From Longimicrobiales bacterium (lineage in GTDB: Bacteria > Gemmatimonadota > Gemmatimonadetes > Longimicrobiales > Gaopeijiaceae), in contig CBDDCX010000008.1 in NCBI GenBank assembly GCA_965226375.1, positions 672,001 to 736,000 of the forward strand: DNA of 64,000 nucleotides, read 5' to 3'. The number at the start of each line of letters is the position of its first letter. Positions within the stretch are counted from its first letter, which is position 1. The position numbers and the translations under genes are program-made. A model generated the notes under the pieces. It saw only the letters and a list, made by a program, of their open reading frames with translations, had not been told where the DNA came from and did not search any database. This document shows positions 1-9,799 of this stretch, piece by piece.

Positions 1-653
1 GCCCACATGTTCGGGAAACAATCGATGACGCCGTCGGCACCGAGCTCTACGGCGGGGACCCCGTAGATCGAGGACGGCCCGCAAAAGACCCGGAGCCGTT
101 CGTGGACTTCCAAGAAGGTGGCGTAGTAATTGTTCCAGTCACCCGAGCTTTCCTTGATGGCCACCACGCGTTCCAGGTCTGCCAGCCTCCCCACCAAGGC
201 CGGACTCAGCTCGTTGACCGCGTTTCCCGGAATGTTGTACAGAAGGATTGGGATCCCTGCTGCGTCCGAGACGGCCGAATAGTGCGCGAAGATCTCGTCG
301 TCGGTCAGTTTGACGAAGTAAGGCGGCAGGATAAGGGCACCGTCGCAGCCCGTTTCCTCCGCTTCCCGGGTGAGAGCCACGGTCTCGTCTACGGTGACGG
401 CCCCCGTGCCAACGATGAGGGTCCCCCGGTCGCCGACCGCCTCCTTCGCCAGGCGGAACAGACGCTTGCGCTCCTCGTGGGTCAGCGCCCAGAACTCACC
501 GGTGCAGCCACCGGCGAGCACCCCGGTCGCTCCGCTCGCCAGCAGTCTCTCCGCGTTCAGCTGAAACGCCTTCTCATCGATGCCGCCGTCCGCATGAAAC
601 GGGGTCGTGAGAGCCGCCATCGGACCGGTCCAATCGACGCTCGTTCGATCCAT
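1..653 (-). CDS. Dihydrodipicolinate synthase (DapA/NanA) family lyase/deaminase; 3' end runs off the window
   Basis: Not in the ORF track. Manual translation from ATG at 653 gives MDRTSVDWTGPMAALTTPFHADGGIDEKAFQLNAERLLASGATGVLAGGCTGEFWALTHEERKRLF, with the typical TPF and GxTGE motifs. GGAG upstream. Confidence 0.85.
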   Translation of the reverse strand, partial: MDRTSVDWTGPMAALTTPFHADGGIDEKAFQLNAERLLASGATGVLAGGCTGEFWALTHEERKRLFRLAKEAVGDRGTLIVGTGAVTVDETVALTREAEETGCDGALILPPYFVKLTDDEIFAHYSAVSDAAGIPILLYNIPGNAVNELSPALVGRLADLERVVAIKESSGDWNNYYATFLEVHERLRVFCGPSSIYGVPAVELGADGVIDCFPNMW

Positions 654-694
654 GATGCGATACTCCGCTGGGTTCGTAGGAAGTGTCCCGATAC

Positions 695-752
695 CGTCCT
701 CGCGATCTGCGTTGAGCCGCCGGCCCGTCGCAGAATCGAAAAAGTGGAGTCG
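695..752. repeat. 58-bp direct repeat, copy 1 (duplicate of the ABC ATPase 3' end)
   Basis: 54/58 identical to 4337-4394 by manual alignment. Confidence 0.9.
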
Positions 753-877
753 GAGTCGGACTTTGGCTAGGCCGGGCAAGGGTGTGCCCATCTCGGCACT
801 GGCATTCCGTCCCACGGTACCGCAACTTCGCACCGCTTCCGAATCGCCCTACCTACGTCACCCGCCTGGGAGGACAC

Positions 878-2083
878 ATGAAGTTGAAGCGTATCGGCCT
901 AGGTCTCACCCTAGTCACCGTCGTGGCGGCGTCCGCCTGCGTGGGCGAGAGCGAGGCACCTGTTGGCAGGTTCGGGACCGCCAAGGGCGGCGACGACCGG
1001 AGCGGCCCGTATGACGTGATACCCGGATGGTGGAAGCCTGCACCGGACCATGACTCGATCTGGACTTGGGGGTCCGCGGCAGGCGTTTGGCCTGACACCC
1101 CGGACCGGATTCTGGTCGTGATGTGGGGGGATCAACGCAGGCAGCGTCAACAGGGGGAGGAGAACGAGCTCAGCCGAAACTTCCTCGTGGCCGTGGATCG
1201 CAACGGGAACATCACCGAGAACTGGGCGCAGTGGGACTCGCTCTTCAACCGTCCCCACCAGATCTACATCAACCCTTATGATCCCGAGCGTGCCGTCTGG
1301 GTGGACGAGAGAGGCGGGAACGGCGTGCATGAGGCCATCCTCAAGTTCAGCAACGACGGGAGTGAGTTGCTGCTGCGGATGGAAGACCCGAATCCGGTTT
1401 GGGGCGAGGGTGGACCGAACCCACGCGAGAACCCGGATCCCGGCCCGCTCGACTTCGGTCAGAACGCCGTGCTCACCTTCCTTCCCAACGGCGACTTTCT
1501 GTTGGGTGACGGCTATCAGAACGGTCGCATCGTTCGCTACAACGCGCAGGGGGAGTTGCTGTCGGAGTTCGGTTCGGTTGGAAGTGGCCCCGGACAGTTC
1601 GATCTGATCCACGGCGTCGCGGTCGATCGAGACCATCGTATCTACGTATCGGATCGGAGGAACCACCGGATCCAGATTTTCACTGAGGATGGTACGCTCC
1701 TGGACGAGTGGCCGGACGTTTGGGATCCGGTCGCGATCATGATCGACGTGAACGACTTCGTCTGGATCCTCGATGCCACGCTGAACCGGATCCTCAAGTA
1801 CAACATGGACGGTCAGTTGTTGGATTACTTCGGCACGTACGGCGAGGCGTCGTCACTCGGTCGACCCGGATGGACCTGCTCGGACGATGCGGCGGTCGCT
1901 GACGCAGGGCTCGATCCCGATCACACGGGAGCCTGCGGCGGATTCTCGCTTCCGCACCAGATGAGCGTGGACTCCGAGGGAAACCTCTACGTTGCTCAAT
2001 TCGGCGGTCCCTGGATCGACAAGTACGTACCGAAGCCGGGTGCAGATCCCTCTAGACTGATCGGGCAGCCGATAGGGCCCTGA
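878..2083 (+). CDS. NHL-repeat beta-propeller lipoprotein (peptidyl-alpha-hydroxyglycine lyase-like)
   Basis: GGAGGA RBS before ATG 878; signal peptide with lipobox AASAC; NHL motifs such as FGSVGSGPGQFDLIHGVAVD and YVSDRRNHRIQIF. Confidence 0.8.
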   Translation: MKLKRIGLGLTLVTVVAASACVGESEAPVGRFGTAKGGDDRSGPYDVIPGWWKPAPDHDSIWTWGSAAGVWPDTPDRILVVMWGDQRRQRQQGEENELSRNFLVAVDRNGNITENWAQWDSLFNRPHQIYINPYDPERAVWVDERGGNGVHEAILKFSNDGSELLLRMEDPNPVWGEGGPNPRENPDPGPLDFGQNAVLTFLPNGDFLLGDGYQNGRIVRYNAQGELLSEFGSVGSGPGQFDLIHGVAVDRDHRIYVSDRRNHRIQIFTEDGTLLDEWPDVWDPVAIMIDVNDFVWILDATLNRILKYNMDGQLLDYFGTYGEASSLGRPGWTCSDDAAVADAGLDPDHTGACGGFSLPHQMSVDSEGNLYVAQFGGPWIDKYVPKPGADPSRLIGQPIGP

Positions 2084-2627
2084 TCAAGGGCGACGGGGCG
2101 TGCAGAGCTCGTGAGTCTCAGTGTCTTGAAAGACCGTGCCTTTCACGTGTGTCTTGCTCAACCAACCCTCGCGCTCGTCGATCGGACTCCGAACTCGATA
2201 CCCCCGTTCGATCTCAGAGAGGATGAGCGGGCGTGAACCTGCCTTCATCTGGGTGACCACGCTGACTCCCTGGTCTTGTGCACTCGGTACCGAGACCCAG
2301 CTGATCAAGGGCTCGGGGGTAGATCCTGTCAAGCACCCTTTGATACTCTGGCCGCGACCCACGTCTCGGGCTCCTGCTGCCCGCCTTCGACCCACAGACG
2401 CGGGTTCCCGCGATCTCGGGGAGTGAGAGTAGCTCTACGTGTCTCACGCACCCTTTGAGGGGCTTACTGAACAGTGAGCCGATAACCAACAAGAGTCCGA
2501 TGAGCGTAAGGAAGGGGTGACGTCGTATCCAATTGCCCCCTGGCCTCCGCTCCCCGCAGCCAGGACAACGCGTCGAGCGAACGCTCGTCGCCTCGCCACA
2601 GACGCGGCAGTTCCACGACTTCGCCAT
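2084..2627 (-). pseudogene. Zinc-ribbon + TM + possible SH3-like small membrane protein, apparently frameshifted
   Basis: CxxC...CxxC followed by a TM helix in ORF 2214-2627; plausible continuation (YRVRSPIDEREGWLSKTHV) in a different frame, 2084-2395. Confidence 0.4.
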
Positions 2628-2784
2628 CTAGCCGCCGGAGAGTCGAGTCATCGGCCACCTCCGCTGCGAGCGAGTTCGCTCCCGACGCCCTCGCCGGGGA
2701 TCGTACTCAACATCCCATCGGCACGTCAGAAAGCGCAAGGACAGATACATTGACCAAAGCGTAGATCCATGGCATCGATGCAGG

Positions 2785-4077
2785 ATGGCAAGACTCGTCC
2801 CTTTCCTTAGCGTCCTCGGATTCTTTTCTGTCCTCGGAGCCGTCCTCCGTGGGATGCACCTTGCCATCCCCATGCGCTACGACGAATCGGCCACCTATCT
2901 GACATACGCATCGCAGGGTTGGGTACAGGCCCTCACCGGATACGCGACGCCCAACAATCATGTCTTCCACACTTTACTCGTGACTTGGGTGACCGCTTGG
3001 TGGGGGGACGCCCCCTACATCATCCGGCTTCCGGCCTTTCTGGCGGGGTGCGCGCTGATTCCCGCCTCAGCGTGGGTCGCCACCAAGCTGTTCGACCGAA
3101 ATGTCGCCGTCGTCACGGCCGCCCTCGTGGCCACATCGCCGATACTGATCGAGTACTCGACAAACGCTCGTGGCCACGCGCTGGTCGTCCTCTTCGCTGT
3201 AACCGCCGTGGGCGTTGCCCGCTCGCTTCTCGACCACGCTACCCTTGCCGACTGGCTCTTGTTGGCAATGCTGGGTATGGCCGGCATGTTCACGGTACCC
3301 ACCATGCTTCTGCCTTGGCTCGGCGTATCGCTCTGGCTGGCGACGACCCGGTTCCGCTCCGCGACTGGCCTGCGTGAACGGGCTGGTTCATTGGTGCCCC
3401 TGGTTCGAGTAAACGTGCTGGTGGTCGCGTACTTGGCGGTGCTCTACGGCGCAGTGGTTCGGGACAACGGTTGGGAGGCGCTCTTCAACAACCGCTTCGT
3501 TCAAGCGCTGGACTGGCCGGTGTTTGTGGCCTCCTTACCATCCGCGCTAGCAGACGTCGGCGAGCATTGGACCCGAGGGATCCCCCTGCCTCTGATCCTC
3601 GTGGCAGTGGCGGGGCTCGTGGCCGTCACACTGCGACCGCCTCCCGGCGACCGCGCTCCCCTGATCTATTCGTTGGTCATCGCCTCGGTCCTCGTGATGC
3701 TCCTGCGGAGAAACCTGGGCGAGGCCCGAGTGTGGCTCTGGGCGCTTCCCCTGGTGCTGATGTATGCTAGCGCAGGGCTCATCGGGCTGATGTGGGGAGT
3801 ACGCTCATACGCGGGTAAGGCCAACTCTTCCCGGTGGAACGAGGACTCTCTGGCTGCACCGTTCCTCGCCGTGTCCTGGGGCCTGATCATGAGTGCTGTT
3901 CTTCTACTGGCCAAGCCGGTCTGGAAGTCGGTGGAGACCGGCACTTTCCCCCAAGGTCCGGAGGTCGCTACGTATTTGGTCGAGAGAGCGCAAGCGGGGG
4001 ACAAAGTGTTGACCGACTTCATCACCGAACAACCCCTCCGATACTACCTGGACCGTCTCGGCTATATGACGCGATGA
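2785..4077 (+). CDS. GT-C fold (PMT/ArnT, GT39-like) membrane glycosyltransferase
   Basis: MRYDE, PNNHVFHTLL, IRLPAFLAG and EYSTNARG motifs; multiple TM segments. Confidence 0.75.
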   Translation: MARLVPFLSVLGFFSVLGAVLRGMHLAIPMRYDESATYLTYASQGWVQALTGYATPNNHVFHTLLVTWVTAWWGDAPYIIRLPAFLAGCALIPASAWVATKLFDRNVAVVTAALVATSPILIEYSTNARGHALVVLFAVTAVGVARSLLDHATLADWLLLAMLGMAGMFTVPTMLLPWLGVSLWLATTRFRSATGLRERAGSLVPLVRVNVLVVAYLAVLYGAVVRDNGWEALFNNRFVQALDWPVFVASLPSALADVGEHWTRGIPLPLILVAVAGLVAVTLRPPPGDRAPLIYSLVIASVLVMLLRRNLGEARVWLWALPLVLMYASAGLIGLMWGVRSYAGKANSSRWNEDSLAAPFLAVSWGLIMSAVLLLAKPVWKSVETGTFPQGPEVATYLVERAQAGDKVLTDFITEQPLRYYLDRLGYMTR

Positions 4078-4265
4078 CGGACACCCTCCAACCCCAGTCA
4101 GAACGGGTTTGGGTCGTCTTACATCGGGACGGTGGCCCGCGCGAAGAGCAGGTAACGGGCAAAGTGAGGAGGTTGGGCGCCCCACCGCTGAGCGGCAGCC
4201 CGGCCTTCGAGTCGGGGAGTACGGCAGTTTATCTGCTCGAGCGTGCCGAAGGGGAGGCAAATTAG
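4074..4265 (+). CDS. Short ORF, probably the frameshifted C-terminal periplasmic tail of the glycosyltransferase
   Basis: ATGA overlap with the GT stop; ERVWVV...AVYLL resembles GT-C C-terminal tails. Confidence 0.35.
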   Translation: MTDTLQPQSERVWVVLHRDGGPREEQVTGKVRRLGAPPLSGSPAFESGSTAVYLLERAEGEAN

Positions 4266-4325
4266 GGGGGCGGGGGTTCCTCGCCCAAGCTCCGTTCCCG
4301 AACCCCGAAAGGGCGTTTGTCTCGC

Positions 4326-5471
4326 CTATCCTTGATCGTCCTCGCGATCCGCGTTGAGCCGCCGGCCTGTGGCAGAATCGAAAAGGTGGAGTCGTTCGCC
4401 CCTGAGAGCAAAGTGGACCGTCTCACCCGCGTTGATGGGCGTGTCTCCGGGCGCTCGCGCGATCAGCGGAGTACCATCGGCGTCCAACTTGACGATGCTC
4501 TCATGGCCCGTCCGCTCGACGACCCTCACGGTCGCCGAATGCTCACCACTCCCCAGGAGGATATCCTCCGGTCGGATGCCGAGCGAGACCGGTCCCGGGG
4601 CGACCGAATCCCCGAGCAGCCCGGGCGAGAGAGGGACGTCGAGGGCCCCGCAGTGAACCCGGAACGGCGCGGCACCCGCGCGGTCGGCACCGCCGTGGTT
4701 CGCGGCACCGCCGCGGTCCCCGTCCGGGCCCGTCAGCTCACCAGAAACCAGTGACATGGCGGGGGAGCCGATGAATCCGGCGACGAACACGTTGGCCGGA
4801 CGGTGGAAGATATCCGCGGGAGTGGCGAATTGCTGGAGCACTCCAGCGTCCATGACGGCGATCCGAGTGGACATGGTCATCGCTTCGAGCTGGTCGTGGG
4901 TGACATAGATCATCGTGCGTCCGATGCGTCGATGCAGCTCGATGAGCTCGGTGCGCATGTGGGCTCGCAGCCGCGCATCGAGGTTGGACAGGGGTTCGTC
5001 CAGCAAAAACACCTGTGGCTCCCGCACCAGCGCGCGGCCGAGTGCTACACGTTGCTGCTGTCCACCCGACAGCTGCCGCGGTTTACGATCCAGCAGTGAC
5101 TCCAACTCCAAGAGACGCGCGGCCGCCCGGACTCGCTCGGAGCGCTCAGGGTCACGAACACCGCGTTTCTTCAATGGATAGGCGATGTTCTTCCCGACCG
5201 TCATGTGCGGATACAGCGCATAGGACTGGAAGACCATTGCGATATCGCGCTTGGAGGGCGGAACACCGTTCACCACGCGCTCGCCGATGCGGATGGTCCC
5301 CGCGGTGGGCTCTTCCAGACCCGCCAGCATCCGGAGCGTCGTGGTCTTGCCGCAGCCCGAGGGCCCGAGCACGCTGACGAACTCGCCCTCACCGATGGTG
5401 AGATCGAGACCGTCGACCGCGATCATGGAACCGAACGCCTTGCTGACCTTCTCGAAGACGACCTCAGCCAC
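4326..5471 (-). CDS. CUT1 ABC transporter ATP-binding protein (MalK/UgpC-like)
   Basis: Walker A GPSGCGKT, signature LSGGQQQR, LLDEPLSNLD, C-terminal TOBE region. Confidence 0.95.
   Translation of the reverse strand: MAEVVFEKVSKAFGSMIAVDGLDLTIGEGEFVSVLGPSGCGKTTTLRMLAGLEEPTAGTIRIGERVVNGVPPSKRDIAMVFQSYALYPHMTVGKNIAYPLKKRGVRDPERSERVRAAARLLELESLLDRKPRQLSGGQQQRVALGRALVREPQVFLLDEPLSNLDARLRAHMRTELIELHRRIGRTMIYVTHDQLEAMTMSTRIAVMDAGVLQQFATPADIFHRPANVFVAGFIGSPAMSLVSGELTGPDGDRGGAANHGGADRAGAAPFRVHCGALDVPLSPGLLGDSVAPGPVSLGIRPEDILLGSGEHSATVRVVERTGHESIVKLDADGTPLIARAPGDTPINAGETVHFALRGERLHLFDSATGRRLNADREDDQG
4337..4394. repeat. 58-bp direct repeat, copy 2 (within the ABC ATPase 3' end)
   Basis: 54/58 identical to 695-752. 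Confidence 0.9.
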
Positions 5472-5474
5472 GCG

Positions 5475-6308
5475 TCAGCCCTTCACCGCGCCGGCGCCGA
5501 ACCCCTTGGTGAGCGTGCCCTGGAGGAACGTGAAAATGATGATGAGCGGCAGGCTCATCATGACGGAGGCGGCCATCAGCAAGGACCAATCGATGTTGAA
5601 CGCCGTGATCAACATGTTCATGGTCCCTGCGGTCAACGGACGAACACGGTCGGAGTTCACGAGCACGAGCGCGAACAGGTACTCGTTCCAACAGAGAATG
5701 AACGTAAACAACGCCGTCGAGACGATGCCCGGCAGGGCCTGCGGGAGAATCACGTCGACGAAGGCTCCCATGCGGCTTGCGCCGTCCACCAGCGCCGCGG
5801 ATTCGAGATCCTCCGGGATGCCCGCCATGAACGAGCGCAACAACCACAGTGCATAGGGGAGCGCGAAGGTGGTGTAGGCGATCACGAGGCTCGCGAGGGT
5901 GTTAGCCAGTCCCAGCTCGACCATCATCAAATACAGCGGGATGATCAACACCACGGAGGGCATCAGGTAGGTGAACAGGACTAGCGTCGCGAGGGCCTCG
6001 CGGCCGCGGTAGCGGAAGTGCACCAGGCTGTAGGCCCCCAACGTTCCGAGCACGATGACCACGACGGTCGTCGTCACGGCCAGAACCATCGAATTGCGGA
6101 AGTACAGGAGGAACGGAGTCTCGGTCAACAGCCGCCAGTAGTGCTCGAACGTGATGGTCTCCGGCCCCAGAGTGGGTGGAATGCGGAAGAGCTCGGCCTG
6201 AGGCTTGACCGAGGTGAGGATCATCCAGATCAACGGAAAGACGACCACGAGCACAACCGTCCAGGTGACGACGCTCATCCAGATCGTTCTAGTCCGCGTG
6301 GCGCGCAT
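5475..6308 (-). CDS. CUT1 ABC transporter permease (MalG-like)
   Basis: EAA loop LESAALVDGAS; C-terminal GAVKG. Confidence 0.95.
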   Translation of the reverse strand: MRATRTRTIWMSVVTWTVVLVVVFPLIWMILTSVKPQAELFRIPPTLGPETITFEHYWRLLTETPFLLYFRNSMVLAVTTTVVVIVLGTLGAYSLVHFRYRGREALATLVLFTYLMPSVVLIIPLYLMMVELGLANTLASLVIAYTTFALPYALWLLRSFMAGIPEDLESAALVDGASRMGAFVDVILPQALPGIVSTALFTFILCWNEYLFALVLVNSDRVRPLTAGTMNMLITAFNIDWSLLMAASVMMSLPLIIIFTFLQGTLTKGFGAGAVKG

Positions 6309-7225
6309 TACCGCTCCTCAGCCGGCTTGTTGGTTTGGCGGAGGTAGAGCAGCGTGAACGCGAGCAGTACCAGCATCATGGCTACGGCGTAGCTGGACGC
6401 CATCCCCATGCGGTTCAGCCTGAACGCTTCCTGATATACGAGGAGCGACAGCGTCTGGGTCGCGTTGACGGGCCCGCCCCCGGTCATCAGGTAGATCAAG
6501 TCGAACTCCTTGAAATCCCAGATCGCGCGCAGGAGGATGATCACCACGAGTACGTCGCGCAGCTGCGGGAGCGTGATGTCGATAAACCGCTGAACAGGGC
6601 CGGCGCCATCGATAGTGGCGGCTTCGTACAGGTGCTCTGGAATCGACTGGAGGCGCGCTAAGACGGCAATAACGACGAACGGGAAATACTTCCAGGCTCC
6701 GACGAGAATGATCGAGATCATGGCGTTGGGCATCTCACCCAGCCAGTTGATCGGCGCATCGATCATTCCGGCGATCAGCAGCACGTGGTTCAGGATCCCG
6801 TAGAGGTCGTTGAAGAGCCAACGCCAGACGAGCACCGCCACGACCGTGGACAGAAAGTAAGGGAAGAGGATCAGACTGCGAGCCAGCGAGCGGAAGACGA
6901 TGGATTGGTTGAGCAAGAGCGCCACCGCCACCCCGAAGACGATCTGCAGCGTCAGGGTGCCGACCGTCCAGATCAGGGTGTTGAGGACAGCGTTCCAGAA
7001 CCGTCCGCCGGCGAGGAGCTCAGTGTAGTTGTCCACTCCCACCCACTCACCGGCCAGCGTGGGGGTGTAGATCGAGAAGAGGGAGAGGTAGATCGCCGAG
7101 ACGAGCGGATAGAGAATGACGGCGCAAAACACCAGCACCGTAGGCGCGATGAGCACAGCGCCGAGCATCGCATAGCGTTTTTCTAGCGAGGGCGGCGCGG
7201 TCACGGCGGTGGTCGCGGGCCTCAT
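6308..7225 (-). CDS. CUT1 ABC transporter permease (MalF-like)
   Basis: LYEAATIDGAG EAA loop; TGGGP motif; start placed at MRPATT. Confidence 0.93.
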   Translation of the reverse strand: MRPATTAVTAPPSLEKRYAMLGAVLIAPTVLVFCAVILYPLVSAIYLSLFSIYTPTLAGEWVGVDNYTELLAGGRFWNAVLNTLIWTVGTLTLQIVFGVAVALLLNQSIVFRSLARSLILFPYFLSTVVAVLVWRWLFNDLYGILNHVLLIAGMIDAPINWLGEMPNAMISIILVGAWKYFPFVVIAVLARLQSIPEHLYEAATIDGAGPVQRFIDITLPQLRDVLVVIILLRAIWDFKEFDLIYLMTGGGPVNATQTLSLLVYQEAFRLNRMGMASSYAVAMMLVLLAFTLLYLRQTNKPAEER

Positions 7226-7256
7226 CCGCTGCTCTTCCGATCGGGGTTCATCGAGA

Positions 7257-8609
7257 TCAGGTGCGCATGATTTCTTCGAGTCGCCTCGCGGTGTTGCCGA
7301 CGGCGACTTTGACATTCTCATCGTTCAAGACCACTCGCTGCACCATCTCGGCTATGGCGTTCGAGGCGATGATTTCGCCCGCCTTGGGGTTCGCCCGGTG
7401 GGCCGTCGTCTCGAATCCGAGGTTGTGCCCCTGAGCAGCCGCGGTGGCCATGAGGTCGATTTCTCGCGGATACTTCTGAATGATCGGGTTGTCTCGGTAC
7501 GCCGGGTCCTCCGCGACGGTCTCGAGTACGGGAAGCACGTGTCCCGGAGCGGCATGCAGTTGGGCGATGTATCCCGGAGGATCGAAGAGCGACGCCGCTA
7601 GCAGCTTGGCCTCCGCCTTGTTCGGAGCCGCGGAGGGCATGCACACAGCAGGGAAGTCGTTGTAGGTCCAGGCCGGTACGTCCAGCGAGATCCGCGGATA
7701 CAGCGTGCACGTGATCGAATCAGCGATCTGGGGGTTTTGCGCCGCGACGTTGGCCAGCACACGGCCGGCATAGATTCCCGTAGCCGTGGCACCGCTCACG
7801 AAAGCCGTGAGCATCTCGCCCCAAGAATACCCGGTGGCGCCCGGGGGGCAGAGCTCCCTCATCGATCGGTAGAACTCGAGAGCGTCGTAGGTCGCCTGCT
7901 GGTCCAGGGAGACCTGGAGATCGGGAGTGAACACCGCGCCGCCGGCGCGATGGATGAAGCCGATGAACGTCAGCGAGTTGGCCGAGTCCAAGCCATAGGG
8001 TAGAGGGGCACCGTAGATCCCTCCGCCCTGCATCGCTCGACACGCCGCGCGCAATTCGTCCCACGTTTCGGGGATCTTGTCGATCTGCGCTCTTTCCATC
8101 AGGTCGAGTCGAACCCACAACATGTCGGCTGCGGTGTTACCGATGCCGGTGCCGACGTACCTGCCGTCGGCGGCGCGGTAGACCTCGTTCGCTCCCGGGT
8201 AGTACTTTGCCGGTCCAATCGACTCGATGACGTCGTCGAACGGCTCGATCAGCCCGTGAGCGTAGTAGCCCTGGATGGCGAATGACGGCAGGTGCGTGAT
8301 GAGGTGCGGCACCTGGCCGGACGCAAAGGCCGCGGCGAGCTGGGTGGCGTAGCCCTCGTCCGACATGGCCTCGAAGAAAACTTCCACACCCGGGTGGGCC
8401 GCCTCGAACGTGGCGATCTGCGCTCGATATGCCGCCCGCTGAGCGGGGGCTGCCTGCGTCGACCACCACCGGAGTCTGACACTCGAAGCCCCCCTCGTGT
8501 CCGTCCCGCGGCAGGCCCCCGCCACGGCGGCGAGCCCGGCCACTCCGAGACGCTGCAGCGCGGCCCGCCGCGTCAGTGTCCGAACCTCGATGATCGGCTC
8601 CTCAGTCAT
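7257..8609 (-). CDS. ABC transporter substrate-binding lipoprotein (family 1) with Tat-like signal
   Basis: TRRAALQRLG...AGAC signal; PETWDEL motif; start placed at MTEEP. Confidence 0.9.
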   Translation of the reverse strand: MTEEPIIEVRTLTRRAALQRLGVAGLAAVAGACRGTDTRGASSVRLRWWSTQAAPAQRAAYRAQIATFEAAHPGVEVFFEAMSDEGYATQLAAAFASGQVPHLITHLPSFAIQGYYAHGLIEPFDDVIESIGPAKYYPGANEVYRAADGRYVGTGIGNTAADMLWVRLDLMERAQIDKIPETWDELRAACRAMQGGGIYGAPLPYGLDSANSLTFIGFIHRAGGAVFTPDLQVSLDQQATYDALEFYRSMRELCPPGATGYSWGEMLTAFVSGATATGIYAGRVLANVAAQNPQIADSITCTLYPRISLDVPAWTYNDFPAVCMPSAAPNKAEAKLLAASLFDPPGYIAQLHAAPGHVLPVLETVAEDPAYRDNPIIQKYPREIDLMATAAAQGHNLGFETTAHRANPKAGEIIASNAIAEMVQRVVLNDENVKVAVGNTARRLEEIMRT

Positions 8610-8638
8610 GGGCGATGTCTGACTCCCTCCGCCACGCG

Positions 8639-9799
8639 CTACTGAAATCGACTTGGCGAGAACGGCGCCAAATCCTCCGCGGGTCGCCGGCCGAGCACCG
8701 CGTCCGCGACGAGCCGTGCGGAGAGCGGGCCAAGAGTGTAGCCGGCATCCCCTGGAATCGCCACGAACGCACCGGGGATGCCGTCGATCGGGCCGAGTAT
8801 ACCGACGCCGTCGGTCGTGGTGTTGATGCCCGCCCAGGTGCGGATGATCCGAAGCGGACCGATTGCGGGCACGATGTGCCGCGCGAGCGAGGTATTGCCG
8901 ACGATGCTGGACAGTCGAACCGCAACGTAGTTCTCGGAGGGGGACAGCTCCGCCGGCCACCCGCCCCCGATCACGACATGACCGCTCGAGAGCTGCTTGA
9001 TCGTGACCATGCGATCGGCATGCTGAACGAGATGGCCGATGAACGGCTCCGTCGGCTCGGTGATGTTCACGTGTAGTGGCTCGGCCTCTACGGGTAGCCT
9101 GATGCCGAGTCCCTCCCCCAGAATCCGTGACCCGGCGCCCGCAGCGATGACGACGGCTGCTGCGCTGATGGTGCCGAGCGGCGTGTCGAGCCTGAAACGC
9201 CGGCCATCACGAGTGACCCGATCGACAGGCGTTTCGCCGATGAAGGTGACCCCGACCCCTCGAGCCCAAAGCCGCAGTGCCGTATTCGTCCGGAGCGGAT
9301 CGAGCCGGCCCTCGTTCGAGCACAGCTCGACGCCGACGACCGCCGGACCGAGGTAGGGAGCGATCTGTTCGAGGTCGGGCTGCTCGATGATCCTCGCGTC
9401 GATCCCAAGAGCCCGCTCGCGCTCGGCCTTTTGGGCAAGGAAGTCGAGCTGTTCACGGCTCTCCGCGACCATCAGCCCGCCGGAGATCTCGAGCTCGAAA
9501 TCGGCGCCCACATGACGCTGCAGTTCGAGCCAGAAGTCGATCGCCTTCGGGTACAGGTGGAGGCCCGATTCCAAGACCGGGACCTGATCGGGGTAGAGGC
9601 GCATGAACCGGCTCTGCATCTGCACGTGAAGACTGCCCGCGTTGGTGGTCGTGCCGTCAAGGCGGCCTGAATCGATGATGGCCACCTCGCGATCCTCCTC
9701 GGCGAGGAATCCGGCGACACACAGCCCAAGGATGCCACCGCCCACCACCACCGTTTCGATGTCGCGCGGGAGTGCGTTGTTCGGGGTGGGCGGAGGCAC
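8639..9799 (-). CDS. FAD-dependent oxidoreductase, DAO family (opine/D-hydroxyproline dehydrogenase beta-subunit-like, HcnC-like)
   Basis: VVVGGGILG, NAGSLH, RTWAG and GYTLGP motifs; GTG start overlaps the upstream stop. Confidence 0.85.
   Translation of the reverse strand: MPPPTPNNALPRDIETVVVGGGILGLCVAGFLAEEDREVAIIDSGRLDGTTTNAGSLHVQMQSRFMRLYPDQVPVLESGLHLYPKAIDFWLELQRHVGADFELEISGGLMVAESREQLDFLAQKAERERALGIDARIIEQPDLEQIAPYLGPAVVGVELCSNEGRLDPLRTNTALRLWARGVGVTFIGETPVDRVTRDGRRFRLDTPLGTISAAAVVIAAGAGSRILGEGLGIRLPVEAEPLHVNITEPTEPFIGHLVQHADRMVTIKQLSSGHVVIGGGWPAELSPSENYVAVRLSSIVGNTSLARHIVPAIGPLRIIRTWAGINTTTDGVGILGPIDGIPGAFVAIPGDAGYTLGPLSARLVADAVLGRRPAEDLAPFSPSRFQ

Noticed and set aside
102..770. ORF-track plus-strand ORF and the many long antisense ORFs (e.g. 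9642-10436, 35209-36240, 48336-49499, 62116-63003)
   Set aside because: Shadow ORFs on the opposite strand or frame of well-supported genes, as expected in high-GC DNA.
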